From an uncultured Pseudomonadota bacterium (GTDB lineage: Bacteria; Pseudomonadota; Alphaproteobacteria; Rs-D84; CACZYB01), in contig CAUTSC010000003.1 in assembly GCA_963541275.1 (NCBI GenBank), positions 29,972 through 93,971 of the forward strand: DNA of 64,000 bases, read 5' to 3'. The translations under genes and the position numbers were made by a program. Every line of letters starts with the position of its first letter. Position 1 is the first letter of the stretch. Under the pieces are notes generated by a model. It had not been told where the DNA came from. It ran no database searches and saw nothing but the letters and a program-made list of their open reading frames with translations. Shown one piece after another: positions 1-9,838 of the stretch.

Positions 1-106
1 TTGAATATATAAAAGTTTTAGCATTGTTTTCACTTGCAAAATGTAAATTTTAATTATACTCTTTCATTTGAGGAAGAAATGTTTTAAAGAGAAAAAGGGA
101 ATATCT

Positions 107-775
107 ATGAATAAAAAATCCTTTGTTAAAGTTGTCGTATTTTTATTTTTTATAAATGTGTTTGTTAATTTTTCCGCGTTTGCCGATGCTGATGTTTGGC
201 CTGTGAAATATAGTGAGGCAGGAAAAGATGTAAGTAAATTGCCAGAGGCAAAAGATAATTATGTTCCCAAAAAAAGAGCAAATGATGCAAAGGTTTATAC
301 CGGATGGACTGGTGGTGGTAATAACACAAAGTTGCCGACAGATGGAATTGTTGCGCCAAAAGAATCTGATATTCCTCTTTCAAATAAAGAATTGATTGTG
401 GATGATGGGGTAAGGGTTTTATCTGCGTCTATGCCAGAGGGGTTGCAATTAAGTGATGAAGCAGAAAATATGCAGTTGTTATCACAAAATGGTGAGGGAT
501 TAAAAAATAATGTAAAAGACTGGGTTGCAAAAGAGGGCTTCACACTTCGTGAGATACTTCAAAAATGGGCAGAAGTTGAAGGTTGGGAAGTTGTTTGGAA
601 TACAAAAAGAGAGTATCCTTTGAAAGCTTCGGTTATTTTTAGAGGGAGATTTAAGGATGTGTCTGCGGCTTTGATAAGGACTTTTTCACGAGCAACACCG
701 CAACCTATTGCAAGATTTTTCTTTGGAAATAAGGTGTTAGTAGTTAAAACATTGGAGGTTCATGATGCAAGTTAG
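107..775 (+). CDS. pilL: type IVb pilus biogenesis protein PilL-like (TcpQ-type C-terminal domain)
   Basis: The ORF is 68..775 from a TTG. The ATG at 107 follows an aaaaaggga RBS and begins a Sec signal peptide (FLFFINVFVNFSAFA). The C-terminus (KEGFTLREILQKWAEVEGWEVVW...FFFGNKVLVV) resembles the TcpQ/PilL domain. It is the first gene of a pilLNOPQR-ordered cluster. Confidence 0.65.
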   Translation: MNKKSFVKVVVFLFFINVFVNFSAFADADVWPVKYSEAGKDVSKLPEAKDNYVPKKRANDAKVYTGWTGGGNNTKLPTDGIVAPKESDIPLSNKELIVDDGVRVLSASMPEGLQLSDEAENMQLLSQNGEGLKNNVKDWVAKEGFTLREILQKWAEVEGWEVVWNTKREYPLKASVIFRGRFKDVSAALIRTFSRATPQPIARFFFGNKVLVVKTLEVHDAS

Positions 776-2306
776 TAAAAAAACATTTGCAACTTTATTA
801 ACATTATCTGGTTTACTTGCTGGTTGTTATAATAAAGAGATGTCTGTGAATGTTTCATCTCAAGTTTCTTCTGATTTTGATACTACTCAAGATGCACTTG
901 ACAGGGCAAAAGTTCCTGGGAGTCCAATAAATAAAGATCTTGTTTCTGTAAGTGATGATATATGGCTTGGTGATACAAGTTTTGTTGCAGAACATAATGA
1001 ATCTTTGCCATCTAAATTTGAAACGGAAAATGGAATAACTCTTATAACTGAATCTCCTGTATCTTTTGATGAAGCGACTAATCAAATATTTTTCTTAACT
1101 GGAATTGGAATACAGCTTGAAGATTCTGTTAACAAGGAATCATTAAAAGAAATAAGTATAAATTATACTGGTTCTTTGTCTGGACTTTTGGATGTTTTGG
1201 CATTAAAAGAAAATATAAATTGGTCTTATGAAAATGGAAAAATTGTCTTCTATAAATTTAAGACCAGAACTTTTGCAATTTATACCAGTCCGACCGAAGC
1301 AACTTATACGGTTGGTGTTGCAACGGACAGCTCTTCATCATCATCAACTGCAAATGTGCAGATGGTGACAACTATGAAAGAATGGAAAGAGATGGAAGAG
1401 GTTTTGAAGTCAATTGTAAAAGATGGTGAAGTTCAAATGTCTCCATCAACCAGTTCTATTACAATAACTGCATCACCAAAAACTTTAAGAAAAGCCGAAG
1501 CGTATATAAAAGAGCAAAATAGAAGATTTGTAAAGCAAGTTGCAATAAATGTAAAAGTGTTGCAAGTTTCTATATCAAAAGATAATAATTTTGGACTTAA
1601 TTTATCTGCTTTGTTTGATGGTTATGCAATAAGGACTTCCACAAGTAATTTAGCAGCGGATTCACTTTCTTTTTCTATACTTTCTGGAACAAAAAAAGGT
1701 CCATTTGAATCAAAGGATAATGTGTCAACTGCGGCTGCGATAAAAGCTTTATCATCACAGGGAAAAACATCTTTATTGACATCTGCGGTTGTAACGGCAA
1801 GAAATAATCGTGTTGTTCCAATTAATAATTTGGAAAGGTTTAAATATATAAGTTCTGTTTCAACGCAGGCTGATAAAACTCATGCGACAACTGATGTCGT
1901 GCCACAAGAAGAGTCAGTTGGTTTTAGTATACAACTTATGCCAAATATTTTGGAAAATGGTAAGTTGATGTTAATGTTTAATATGTCTCTTAAAGAATTG
2001 GTTAGTTTAGAAAATAAGGTTGTTGGAAATACTTCGGTACAATTGCCAAAAATTTCACAAAGAAACTTTATGCAAGAGATAGTTATGGAATCTGGACAGA
2101 CTGCGGTTTTGACTGGCTTTGAAAAAATTACCAACAGAAATAATAGCAGTGGTATAGGAAAAGAAACATTTACTTATGTTGGTGGTTCGCAAAGCAGTGA
2201 GACGACAAGAGAAGTTTTGGTTGTTATGCTTACTCCACAGGTGATTGCATCACCACTTGATGCGGAAAATAGTGCAAATGCAGAATGGGGGATGCCAACT
2301 TATTAA
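762..2306 (+). CDS. pilN: type IVb pilus secretin lipoprotein PilN-like
   Basis: The start overlaps the pilL stop. It has a lipobox (LLAGC) and a secretin-like C-terminal half (LLTSAVVTARNNRVVPINN, GFSIQLMPNIL, VLVVMLTPQVI). Confidence 0.8.
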   Translation: MMQVSKKTFATLLTLSGLLAGCYNKEMSVNVSSQVSSDFDTTQDALDRAKVPGSPINKDLVSVSDDIWLGDTSFVAEHNESLPSKFETENGITLITESPVSFDEATNQIFFLTGIGIQLEDSVNKESLKEISINYTGSLSGLLDVLALKENINWSYENGKIVFYKFKTRTFAIYTSPTEATYTVGVATDSSSSSSTANVQMVTTMKEWKEMEEVLKSIVKDGEVQMSPSTSSITITASPKTLRKAEAYIKEQNRRFVKQVAINVKVLQVSISKDNNFGLNLSALFDGYAIRTSTSNLAADSLSFSILSGTKKGPFESKDNVSTAAAIKALSSQGKTSLLTSAVVTARNNRVVPINNLERFKYISSVSTQADKTHATTDVVPQEESVGFSIQLMPNILENGKLMLMFNMSLKELVSLENKVVGNTSVQLPKISQRNFMQEIVMESGQTAVLTGFEKITNRNNSSGIGKETFTYVGGSQSSETTREVLVVMLTPQVIASPLDAENSANAEWGMPTY

Positions 2307-2326
2307 AAAAAAGTTTTTGAGGGGAC

Positions 2327-3715
2327 ATGAGTAAAGAAATAAAAACAATAAATGTTGCTGGCAAAACTTATGCAGTTGGCTTGTTTTGGCAGCCTCTTCA
2401 AGATCAAAAAAAATATTTAGAAGAGGTTAAACAAACAGTCCAAAATGTTATTACTGGTGCCAATCTTTTTTGTTTAAGAAAGGGAGCTGTTTCTCAATAT
2501 GGTCTTGGTTATACCAGTAAAGGTCATAAATCTGGTATGCCATCTGCTGCATCTGTGATTGCGGCTGTTTTAAGGGATAAATCGTCGGCACTTTGTGCTT
2601 TTAAAATAGATGATGGTTGGTGGTTTGTTGTTATAAGAAATGGTTTGATACTTTCCGAAGAAGATACAATTTATACAGAAGAACAAGATGTAAAGGCTGC
2701 ATATGAGACAATGTTAAATATTCCAGATTGGGGTTATATGATTGCTCCAAAAGAATGGGGATATGAAAATACTCATCCATTGCAATTGGAAGATTTGATT
2801 GTAAAGGGAAAACCGGAACTTTTAAAAACTATTTCTGAACCTATTAAAATAAAAGATATTATAATACTTCTTGTACTTGTTGCATTTGGATTAAATTATT
2901 ATTTAAAAAAGAAAGCGGAAAAAGAAGCGGAAGAACAAGCAAGGCTTGCAAGGATAAGAGAAGAAGAATATAAAAGACTTCATCCGCCTCCTCCGCCGCC
3001 ACCACCTCCTCCTGCACCATTTGAAGTGTTGGTTGATGTAGAAGATATGGCAAAAAAGTGTGCTGTTTTGATAGTAAATAGTACAGTTGTTGTACCAGGT
3101 TGGAATTTGGAAAATTCGAATTGTACTGAAACTATGTTGTCGTCTTCATGGAACAGAACTTATGGTAATGTAGGTTGGATTTTTGAATCGCAAAAGCAAG
3201 GTTATTTACATAAAGATATGAAATTATCTGCAAAAGATACGGCTTATAAAAGTGTTGTTGGAAATCTTGCTATTCCAATTATGAAACGTGTTTCTGTGAA
3301 ACCAATAATTGAAAAAGTGGAATTGCAAAAAAGATTGAATGATATATTTAAAGCTGAAAATGTAAATGTGCAGTTGACTGATAAAAAAGAGACTGTAAAG
3401 GGAACTGGCTCTTATTTAAAGGAATATCCTTATACTGCGTTTACTTTTGATGATAGTATGGTAAGGTTGCCGCTTGATTGGGTAAGGTTGTTAAAAGAAT
3501 TCAAGGCTGTTTCGTTTGATAATATTTTTTGGGATAATAAAACCAGAAAATGGAAATATAATGGCAGGATTTATGAATTAACACCTGAGATGATAAAAGA
3601 GATTGAGAATAAGGCAAAAAAGGAACATGAGGCAAAAACAAAAGCTTCGAACATGGCAGATACAAAAACTGGTACGAATACAGATAACAAGGAACAAACA
3701 AAGGAAACAAAATAA
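2327..3715 (+). CDS. pilO: PilO-like pilin accessory / pilus biogenesis protein (bitopic, poly-Pro tract)
   Basis: It sits between the secretin and PilP genes, as in R64 and PAPI-1. It has an N-terminal YAVGLFWQPL segment, one central TM helix (IIILLVLVAFGLNYYL), then HPPPPPPPPPPAPF. Confidence 0.5.
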   Translation: MSKEIKTINVAGKTYAVGLFWQPLQDQKKYLEEVKQTVQNVITGANLFCLRKGAVSQYGLGYTSKGHKSGMPSAASVIAAVLRDKSSALCAFKIDDGWWFVVIRNGLILSEEDTIYTEEQDVKAAYETMLNIPDWGYMIAPKEWGYENTHPLQLEDLIVKGKPELLKTISEPIKIKDIIILLVLVAFGLNYYLKKKAEKEAEEQARLARIREEEYKRLHPPPPPPPPPPAPFEVLVDVEDMAKKCAVLIVNSTVVVPGWNLENSNCTETMLSSSWNRTYGNVGWIFESQKQGYLHKDMKLSAKDTAYKSVVGNLAIPIMKRVSVKPIIEKVELQKRLNDIFKAENVNVQLTDKKETVKGTGSYLKEYPYTAFTFDDSMVRLPLDWVRLLKEFKAVSFDNIFWDNKTRKWKYNGRIYELTPEMIKEIENKAKKEHEAKTKASNMADTKTGTNTDNKEQTKETK

Positions 3716-3732
3716 TTTTAAGGAGATATGAT

Positions 3733-4626
3733 ATGAAAAATAGAAAAAGCTTTTTTTATATTTTGATGTTATTGTTGACAATAAGTTTTTCATTTACACC
3801 AAAATTTGTGTATGCGTCTGATGACGATGATGTTATAGAAGATGTTGACGCGTCAACTGATAGTGAAGAAAAAACAGAAGGTACAGAGTCAAGTGCGGCT
3901 GCAGATGAAAGTACAGAAAATGGCACTGCTAAAACTGATATTTATGAAAATGAGAAAGGGTTGGAAGATTCAGGTGATATGTACAAGCTTGATAAAATGA
4001 CTGCTGATACTTTTCAAAAAATTTCAAATATTGAAAGAGAAAATATTTTAATGAAATTGAAATTGGAACAACAAAAATTAAAATTGGATCTTGAAAAGCA
4101 AGAAGTGGAAAAAAGAAAATTGAAAAATCGTGAAATAGATGAAGATAGACAAAGAAAAATAAAGATAGAAGAAGAAGAAAGAAAGCTTGCTCAAGAAAAG
4201 AAAAAAACAGAGTTAGAGCAAGAAAAGTTGGATGCAGATAAAAAGGCAAAACAACAACAAGAAGAGTTGCAAAATCAAATAAAAGAAAAAATTGCATCCG
4301 CAGATCTTACAGATCCAAAAGCAATTAAAAGTTTGCAAGCTCTTGTTGCAAGTGTTGGTGGAAAACCACTTGATCTTGGGGCTGGCAGGATTGGAGCAAG
4401 AGGCGATGATGATAGCTCTTATTCTTCGTTTGAGGATAGGTATAAATTAAAATCTATTATTGGTGCTGCGGGAAAAATGTCTGCGAATATTGAAAATACA
4501 TCAAAGGGAAATACATTTAAAGTTCAACAAGGTTCAAGAATAGAAGAATGGTTGGTGGAAGATATAAAGGGAACTTCAATACTTCTTAAAAATGGAGCAA
4601 AGACAAAAATTTTAAATATAAATTAA
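3733..4626 (+). CDS. pilP: PilP-like pilus biogenesis protein with a long acidic and KE-rich coiled-coil insert
   Basis: It has a signal peptide and a D/E-rich stretch, then a K/E/Q coiled-coil. The C-terminal beta domain (YKLKSIIGAAGKMSANIEN...FKVQQGSRIEEWLVEDIKGTSILLKNG) fits PilP/GspC HR-type domains. It lies upstream of the ATPase gene. Confidence 0.5.
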   Translation: MKNRKSFFYILMLLLTISFSFTPKFVYASDDDDVIEDVDASTDSEEKTEGTESSAAADESTENGTAKTDIYENEKGLEDSGDMYKLDKMTADTFQKISNIERENILMKLKLEQQKLKLDLEKQEVEKRKLKNREIDEDRQRKIKIEEEERKLAQEKKKTELEQEKLDADKKAKQQQEELQNQIKEKIASADLTDPKAIKSLQALVASVGGKPLDLGAGRIGARGDDDSSYSSFEDRYKLKSIIGAAGKMSANIENTSKGNTFKVQQGSRIEEWLVEDIKGTSILLKNGAKTKILNIN

Positions 4627-4643
4627 GATTTTAGGGAAAAGTT

Positions 4644-6329
4644 ATGGCAGAAAATAACGATAGAGAAGAAAAAATAGAACTTGGAACAGCAGAGAATGAG
4701 CTTTCCGTTGAAAGACGTGAGGTTAATCCGTTTGAAAATAAATCTGCAAAAGAAGTTGCAAGTATGGTTTTTGCAGATGGTAATAAACTGGAAACTGCGG
4801 AAAATGGTAAATATCCAGTAAATAATGATACCAGAAATTTACTTGCTCTTTTTAGTGATGGAACATTTTTAGTTTCAAATACTCATAAGTTTGATGGACG
4901 AGTTTTAAGTTTTATGTCCCTTGTAAAACGAAAGGGTGGAGACATAAAAAAGCCGCATTATGTTTCTATGGCTATACTTTCCAATTTATACAGCTCTTCA
5001 TCAAAAATGAGTGGTGATGGAGAAAGTACCAAAAAAACAAAAAAAGGCGATGATTTTGAAGTTGATAATCAAATACAAAAAGATTTTGTTGATATAATTT
5101 ACAAAGCTGCTGAAATTCATGTTTCCGATATTCATGTTGTTGTTGGGGATCATACATCTGTGATGTTTAGGACAAATGGAAGTATGCAAACAATCCTTGA
5201 AAATACAAAAGAATGGGGTGAAAGTTTTGTGCGTTCTGTGTTTGCGTCTGCGGATATTTCTGATTCCAACTATGCACAAAACGAGTTCCAGGCAGGACAA
5301 AAATTGGGGGCTACCCCTCTTCGTGGTGAAACAGATTTATATTTACCAGAATCTGTGTTGTCAATAAGATTGCAATTTAACCCTATTGCCTTTGGTACAA
5401 GATATCTTGTTATGCGAGTTTTGTATGCAAACACTTCATCAAAGGGAACTGATAGTTTAAAAGATCTTGGTTTTTCCGATTATGAAGATGATAAACTTTT
5501 TAAAATGCGTGCTGCACCGACCGGGCTTTGTATAGTTGCGGGACCAACTGGATCTGGTAAGTCAACAACTTTACAAAGATGTATGATAAAAATGTTAAAA
5601 GAAAAAAATTATGAACTTAACCTTATAACGGTGGAAGATCCGCCGGAATATCCAATTGTTGGGGCAAGACAGATGCCAGTTACCAATGCCACAACAGAAG
5701 AAGAAAAAGAAGAAGCATTTAACCTTGCGCTTGCTGCATCGCTTCGTTCTGACCCTGATATAATTATGGTTGGAGAAATAAGAACTTTGTCTTCTGCGGA
5801 ACTTACTTTCAAAGCTGCGCTTTCTGGACACAATGTTTGGTCAACACTTCATGCTAATTCTGCCCCTGCTATTATAAACAGACTTACAGATATGGGTGTT
5901 GATTCATATAAATTAAAAGATCCAGAACTTGTTCGTGGATTATTGTCGCAAAGACTTTTTAAAAAATTGTGTCCTAAATGTCGTGAGCCAATAAAAAATC
6001 ATCCGGAACATCCATCGTATGAAAGGCTTTTAAATGCTCTTGGTGAGTATGGGATAGAACAATCTTTTATAAAAGGAAAAGGTTGTGAAAATTGTAAGCA
6101 CAAGGGAATAACTGGGCGAATTGTGGCTGCGGAAATTATCATGCCTGATTCAATTTTTCTTGAAAAATTAATAAGTCAGTCAAAAAAAGATGCTGTGTTG
6201 TATTGGACTAATGAATTATCAGGCAGGACATTAAAAGAAGATGCAATAGGAAAAATGTTAAAAGGAATTATTGCGGTTGAAGAAGTAGAAAGATGGTGTG
6301 GAATGATTGATGCGGATGCAGTTTATTAA
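4644..6329 (+). CDS. pilQ: type IV pilus assembly ATPase PilQ (GspE/PulE family)
   Basis: Walker A GPTGSGKST, Walker B DIIMVGEIR, His box GHNVWSTLHAN, and a tetracysteine motif CPKC...CENC. Confidence 0.9.
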   Translation: MAENNDREEKIELGTAENELSVERREVNPFENKSAKEVASMVFADGNKLETAENGKYPVNNDTRNLLALFSDGTFLVSNTHKFDGRVLSFMSLVKRKGGDIKKPHYVSMAILSNLYSSSSKMSGDGESTKKTKKGDDFEVDNQIQKDFVDIIYKAAEIHVSDIHVVVGDHTSVMFRTNGSMQTILENTKEWGESFVRSVFASADISDSNYAQNEFQAGQKLGATPLRGETDLYLPESVLSIRLQFNPIAFGTRYLVMRVLYANTSSKGTDSLKDLGFSDYEDDKLFKMRAAPTGLCIVAGPTGSGKSTTLQRCMIKMLKEKNYELNLITVEDPPEYPIVGARQMPVTNATTEEEKEEAFNLALAASLRSDPDIIMVGEIRTLSSAELTFKAALSGHNVWSTLHANSAPAIINRLTDMGVDSYKLKDPELVRGLLSQRLFKKLCPKCREPIKNHPEHPSYERLLNALGEYGIEQSFIKGKGCENCKHKGITGRIVAAEIIMPDSIFLEKLISQSKKDAVLYWTNELSGRTLKEDAIGKMLKGIIAVEEVERWCGMIDADAVY

Positions 6330-6337
6330 AGGTTAGC

Positions 6338-7426
6338 TTGTTTATGGAAAAAAAAATACCAACAAATGAAAGTATTATAAAACTATCTAAATTGATGGTT
6401 GGTTTTAAAAATGAAGATAGGCTTAAGATTTATTATAAACTTGCTGCACTTCTTGCGAATAAATTTACTTTGATGGATGCTCTTGATCGTATTTGGATGA
6501 TAGAGTCAAAGGATGGTACAAAACCGGATGAACCTATGGCAATTGCAGTTGCTTGGTGGCTTCGTGAACTGGAAAAAGGTTTGCCATTTTCATCTGCGAT
6601 AGAGGGATGGGCGCCTATGCGTGAAAAATTGATGCTATCTGTTGGTGATGTAAGTAAGCTTGAAAAAGCTCTTTTAAATGTTATAAAAGTGTCCGAGGGT
6701 TCCAATAAAATTATACAACCATTATTAAATGCAATAACTTATCCTGTTATGATGATAATGTTAAGTTTGGTTATTATAGTTGGTGTTGGTGTTTATATGG
6801 TTCCACCACTTTTGGAATTTGCCAAGGGGGCGCAGTGGACCGGCAGTGCAAAAAGTTTGGTTTGGCTTTCTGGGTTTGTTAAAGTTTATTGGTGGACTTT
6901 TCCAGTTGTGTTTGGTTCTGTTATGGCTGCTATTTATGTGTCATTTTCTCTTCTTACCGGACCAGTTCGTGTAAAACTTGATAAAATGCCGCCTTGGTCG
7001 CTTTATCGTATGTTTAGTGGTGTGTCATGGCTTATGAGTTTGGCAGCACTGGTTGAATCGGGAACACCTATATCAAAGGCTTTACAATCATTAAGGGGGC
7101 AGGCAAATCCATATTTAAAAGAGAGAATTGATGGTGCTTTATCATTTATGAAAAATGGTGATAATTTAGGAACTGCACTTAAAAAAACGAAAATGAATTT
7201 TCCAGAAACGGAACTTATTGGTGATTTAGAGATTTATTCCGAGCTTGATAATTTTGAAGAAGCGTTAAATTCTGTTGCAAATAATTATTTAAATAACTCT
7301 ATTGCCAATATAAAAAAAGAGGCGAGTTTGTTAAATTCTTTTGCTCTTTTAATAGTAAGTGGTGTTATTGCTTGGGTTCTTTTGGGTGTGTTTGATATGC
7401 AAAACCAAGTACAATCAAACATGTAG
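6338..7426 (+). CDS. pilR: type IV pilus inner-membrane platform protein PilR (GspF/PilC family)
   Basis: Polytopic membrane protein with GspF-like repeats, directly downstream of the ATPase gene. The start is a TTG at 6338 or an ATG at 6344. Confidence 0.85.
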   Translation: MFMEKKIPTNESIIKLSKLMVGFKNEDRLKIYYKLAALLANKFTLMDALDRIWMIESKDGTKPDEPMAIAVAWWLRELEKGLPFSSAIEGWAPMREKLMLSVGDVSKLEKALLNVIKVSEGSNKIIQPLLNAITYPVMMIMLSLVIIVGVGVYMVPPLLEFAKGAQWTGSAKSLVWLSGFVKVYWWTFPVVFGSVMAAIYVSFSLLTGPVRVKLDKMPPWSLYRMFSGVSWLMSLAALVESGTPISKALQSLRGQANPYLKERIDGALSFMKNGDNLGTALKKTKMNFPETELIGDLEIYSELDNFEEALNSVANNYLNNSIANIKKEASLLNSFALLIVSGVIAWVLLGVFDMQNQVQSNM

Positions 7427-7491
7427 CAAAAAATAAATTCTTGAAAAAAAAACAATAAATGATAATAATTTATAAGTTTTAAAGAAAAATT

Positions 7492-7767
7492 ATGACAAGA
7501 AGTGATATTGTAAAAATTATTCACGAAACACATAAAGATCTTACAAAAAAAGATGTTGATATGTTTGTTTCGCTTATCATTGAAAAAATTTCTATGTCTG
7601 TGGCAGATGGTGATAGGGTTGAACTTCGTGGATTTGGAGTTTTTTCTCCTAAACAACTTGCTCCTAAAACTACGATACTTCCAAATGGGGACAAAGTATC
7701 GCATTCCAGTCGTAGGACAATTAAATTTCATCCAAGTAAGAATTTAATTGAAAAATTAAATAAATAG
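7492..7767 (+). CDS. ihfB: integration host factor subunit beta (HU/IHF family)
   Basis: A 91-aa protein with RGFGVFS, a beta-arm and a FHPSK motif. It is followed by a lapA-domain gene, as in alphaproteobacteria. Confidence 0.8.
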   Translation: MTRSDIVKIIHETHKDLTKKDVDMFVSLIIEKISMSVADGDRVELRGFGVFSPKQLAPKTTILPNGDKVSHSSRRTIKFHPSKNLIEKLNK

Positions 7768-7778
7768 AAAGTTATTTT

Positions 7779-8021
7779 ATGAAAGCCATTAAAAATATTT
7801 TTAGTTTTATTGTGTTTATTTTTTTGTTTGGTGTGTTTTTTATTTTTATAAGTGATAATAAAAATATTATGGTGTTAAATTTATTTCCTTTTAAAATGGG
7901 GATAAGTATGCCGGTGTATTTATATACATTATTTATATTTTTTATAGCATTTTTGTTAGGTGCTATGACACATGCTATATATCTTAAAGCTATTTACTTA
8001 AAAGAAAAATGGAGAAAGTAA
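7779..8021 (+). CDS. LapA-domain (DUF1049) small inner-membrane protein
   Basis: An 80-aa protein with two TM helices, directly after ihfB. Confidence 0.55.
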   Translation: MKAIKNIFSFIVFIFLFGVFFIFISDNKNIMVLNLFPFKMGISMPVYLYTLFIFFIAFLLGAMTHAIYLKAIYLKEKWRK

Positions 8022-8024
8022 AAA

Positions 8025-8885
8025 ATGAATTGGATTACTGATATTTTAAAACCAAAAATAAAAACTCTTGTTTCAAAGATAAGGAATGTTCCAGAGGATT
8101 TATGGATTCCGTGTAAGAAATGTGGAAATTTTTTATATAAAAAAGATGTTTTACATCACCTTAATGTTTGTGATAAATGTGGCTATCATATGCCGCTTAA
8201 TTCTTTACAAAGGTTTACGACAATTTTTGATGAAGATACATATAAAAAAATTGAAACACCGACAACTTTTGATGATCCATTAAATTTTAAAGATTTGAAA
8301 ACTTATAAATCGAGATTAAAAGAATATAGAGAAAAAACAAAAGAGCAAGATGTTGTTCAAGTTGGAAATGGAAAAATTGATGGCACAGATGTTGTGATGG
8401 CTGTGTTTAATTTTGAATTTATGGGTGGCAGTATGGGAACTGCGGTTGGTGAAGCAATTATAAAAGCAGCAGAGACAGCGATAAAAAAGAAAGTGCCTTT
8501 GATTGTTATACCATCATCTGGTGGAGCGCGTATGCAAGAGGGTATGTTGTCGTTGATGCAAATGGCAAGAACTACACTTGCAATAAACAAGGTGAAAGAG
8601 GCGAAACTTCCATACATAGTTGTGTTATCAAATCCAACAACTGGTGGGGTTAGTGCTTCGTTTGCGATGTTAGGGGACATACATATTGCAGAGCAAGGTG
8701 CAATAATTGGTTTTGCAGGTAAAAGGGTGATAGAGCAAACAATAAAACAAAAGCTGCCACCAAATTTTCAAACAGCAGAATATTTACAGGAAACAGGAAT
8801 GGTTGATATAGTGATAAACAGACATAAATTAAAGCAAACTTTGTCAACTATTTTAAAAATTTTATTAAGTAAAGGGAAAAAATAA
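8025..8885 (+). CDS. accD: acetyl-CoA carboxylase carboxyltransferase subunit beta
   Basis: Zn ribbon CKKCG...CDKCG, plus the motifs FEFMGGSMG and SSGGARMQEG. Confidence 0.95.
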   Translation: MNWITDILKPKIKTLVSKIRNVPEDLWIPCKKCGNFLYKKDVLHHLNVCDKCGYHMPLNSLQRFTTIFDEDTYKKIETPTTFDDPLNFKDLKTYKSRLKEYREKTKEQDVVQVGNGKIDGTDVVMAVFNFEFMGGSMGTAVGEAIIKAAETAIKKKVPLIVIPSSGGARMQEGMLSLMQMARTTLAINKVKEAKLPYIVVLSNPTTGGVSASFAMLGDIHIAEQGAIIGFAGKRVIEQTIKQKLPPNFQTAEYLQETGMVDIVINRHKLKQTLSTILKILLSKGKK

Positions 8886-9838
8886 TGATATACCTTGATT
8901 TTGAAAAAAATATAAAAGAATTGGATGATAAAATTGAATCTTTAAAATCGTCCAATACAAATGATGAAAATAAAAATGAGAGAATAGAAAAAAAACTTGA
9001 AAGATATACAACAAGAAAAAATGAAGAGTTGTTGTCTGTTTATGGTAATCTTTCGTCCTGGCAAAAGGTTCAGATTGCGCGTCATCCGGACAGACCGCAC
9101 ACACTTGATTATATAAATGGAATGATTTCTGATTTTGTGGAATTATCAGGAGACAGGTGTTTTGCAGATGATAATGCAATAATTGGTGGAATTGGATATT
9201 TGGATAATTTACCAGTTATGATAATAGGGCAAGAAAGAGGTCATGATACAGAGTCAAGATTGAAACATAATTTTGGCATGTCAAAACCAGAGGGATACAG
9301 AAAGGTTATAAGACTTTTGGAGCTTGCAGATAAATTTTCTCTTCCTGTTATAACTCTTGTTGATACCGCTGGGGCTTATCCTGGTATGGATGCAGAAGCA
9401 AGGGGACAAGCACAGGCAATTGCATCATCAATTGAAAAATGTTTTAATATTAATGTGCCAAGTGTTTGTGTTGTGATAGGTGAAGGTGGCAGTGGTGGTG
9501 CAATAGCAATGGCAGTTGCCAATAGTATAATTATGCTTGAAAATTCTGTGTATTCTGTGATTTCACCAGAGGGATGTGCATCTATATTATGGCGCAGTCA
9601 AGATTTTAAAGAAGAAGCAACTAAATCATTAAAAATAACAGCGCAAGATTTGCTTTGTTTAAAATTGATAGATAAAGTTGTAGAAGAAGGTGTTGGTGGC
9701 GCACACAGAAATAAAGATCTTGTTATAAAAAATATAAAAACAGCAATATTAAATGAATTAAAAAAACTTTTCTCTCTTAAAGATCTTAAAAAAGATAGAG
9801 AAACAAAATTCCTTGATATGACACGAAATTTATTTTAG
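8885..9838 (+). CDS. accA: acetyl-CoA carboxylase carboxyltransferase subunit alpha
   Basis: ARHPDRPHTLDY, DTAGAYPG and GEGGSGGA motifs. The start overlaps the accD stop. Confidence 0.95.
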   Translation: MIYLDFEKNIKELDDKIESLKSSNTNDENKNERIEKKLERYTTRKNEELLSVYGNLSSWQKVQIARHPDRPHTLDYINGMISDFVELSGDRCFADDNAIIGGIGYLDNLPVMIIGQERGHDTESRLKHNFGMSKPEGYRKVIRLLELADKFSLPVITLVDTAGAYPGMDAEARGQAQAIASSIEKCFNINVPSVCVVIGEGGSGGAIAMAVANSIIMLENSVYSVISPEGCASILWRSQDFKEEATKSLKITAQDLLCLKLIDKVVEEGVGGAHRNKDLVIKNIKTAILNELKKLFSLKDLKKDRETKFLDMTRNLF

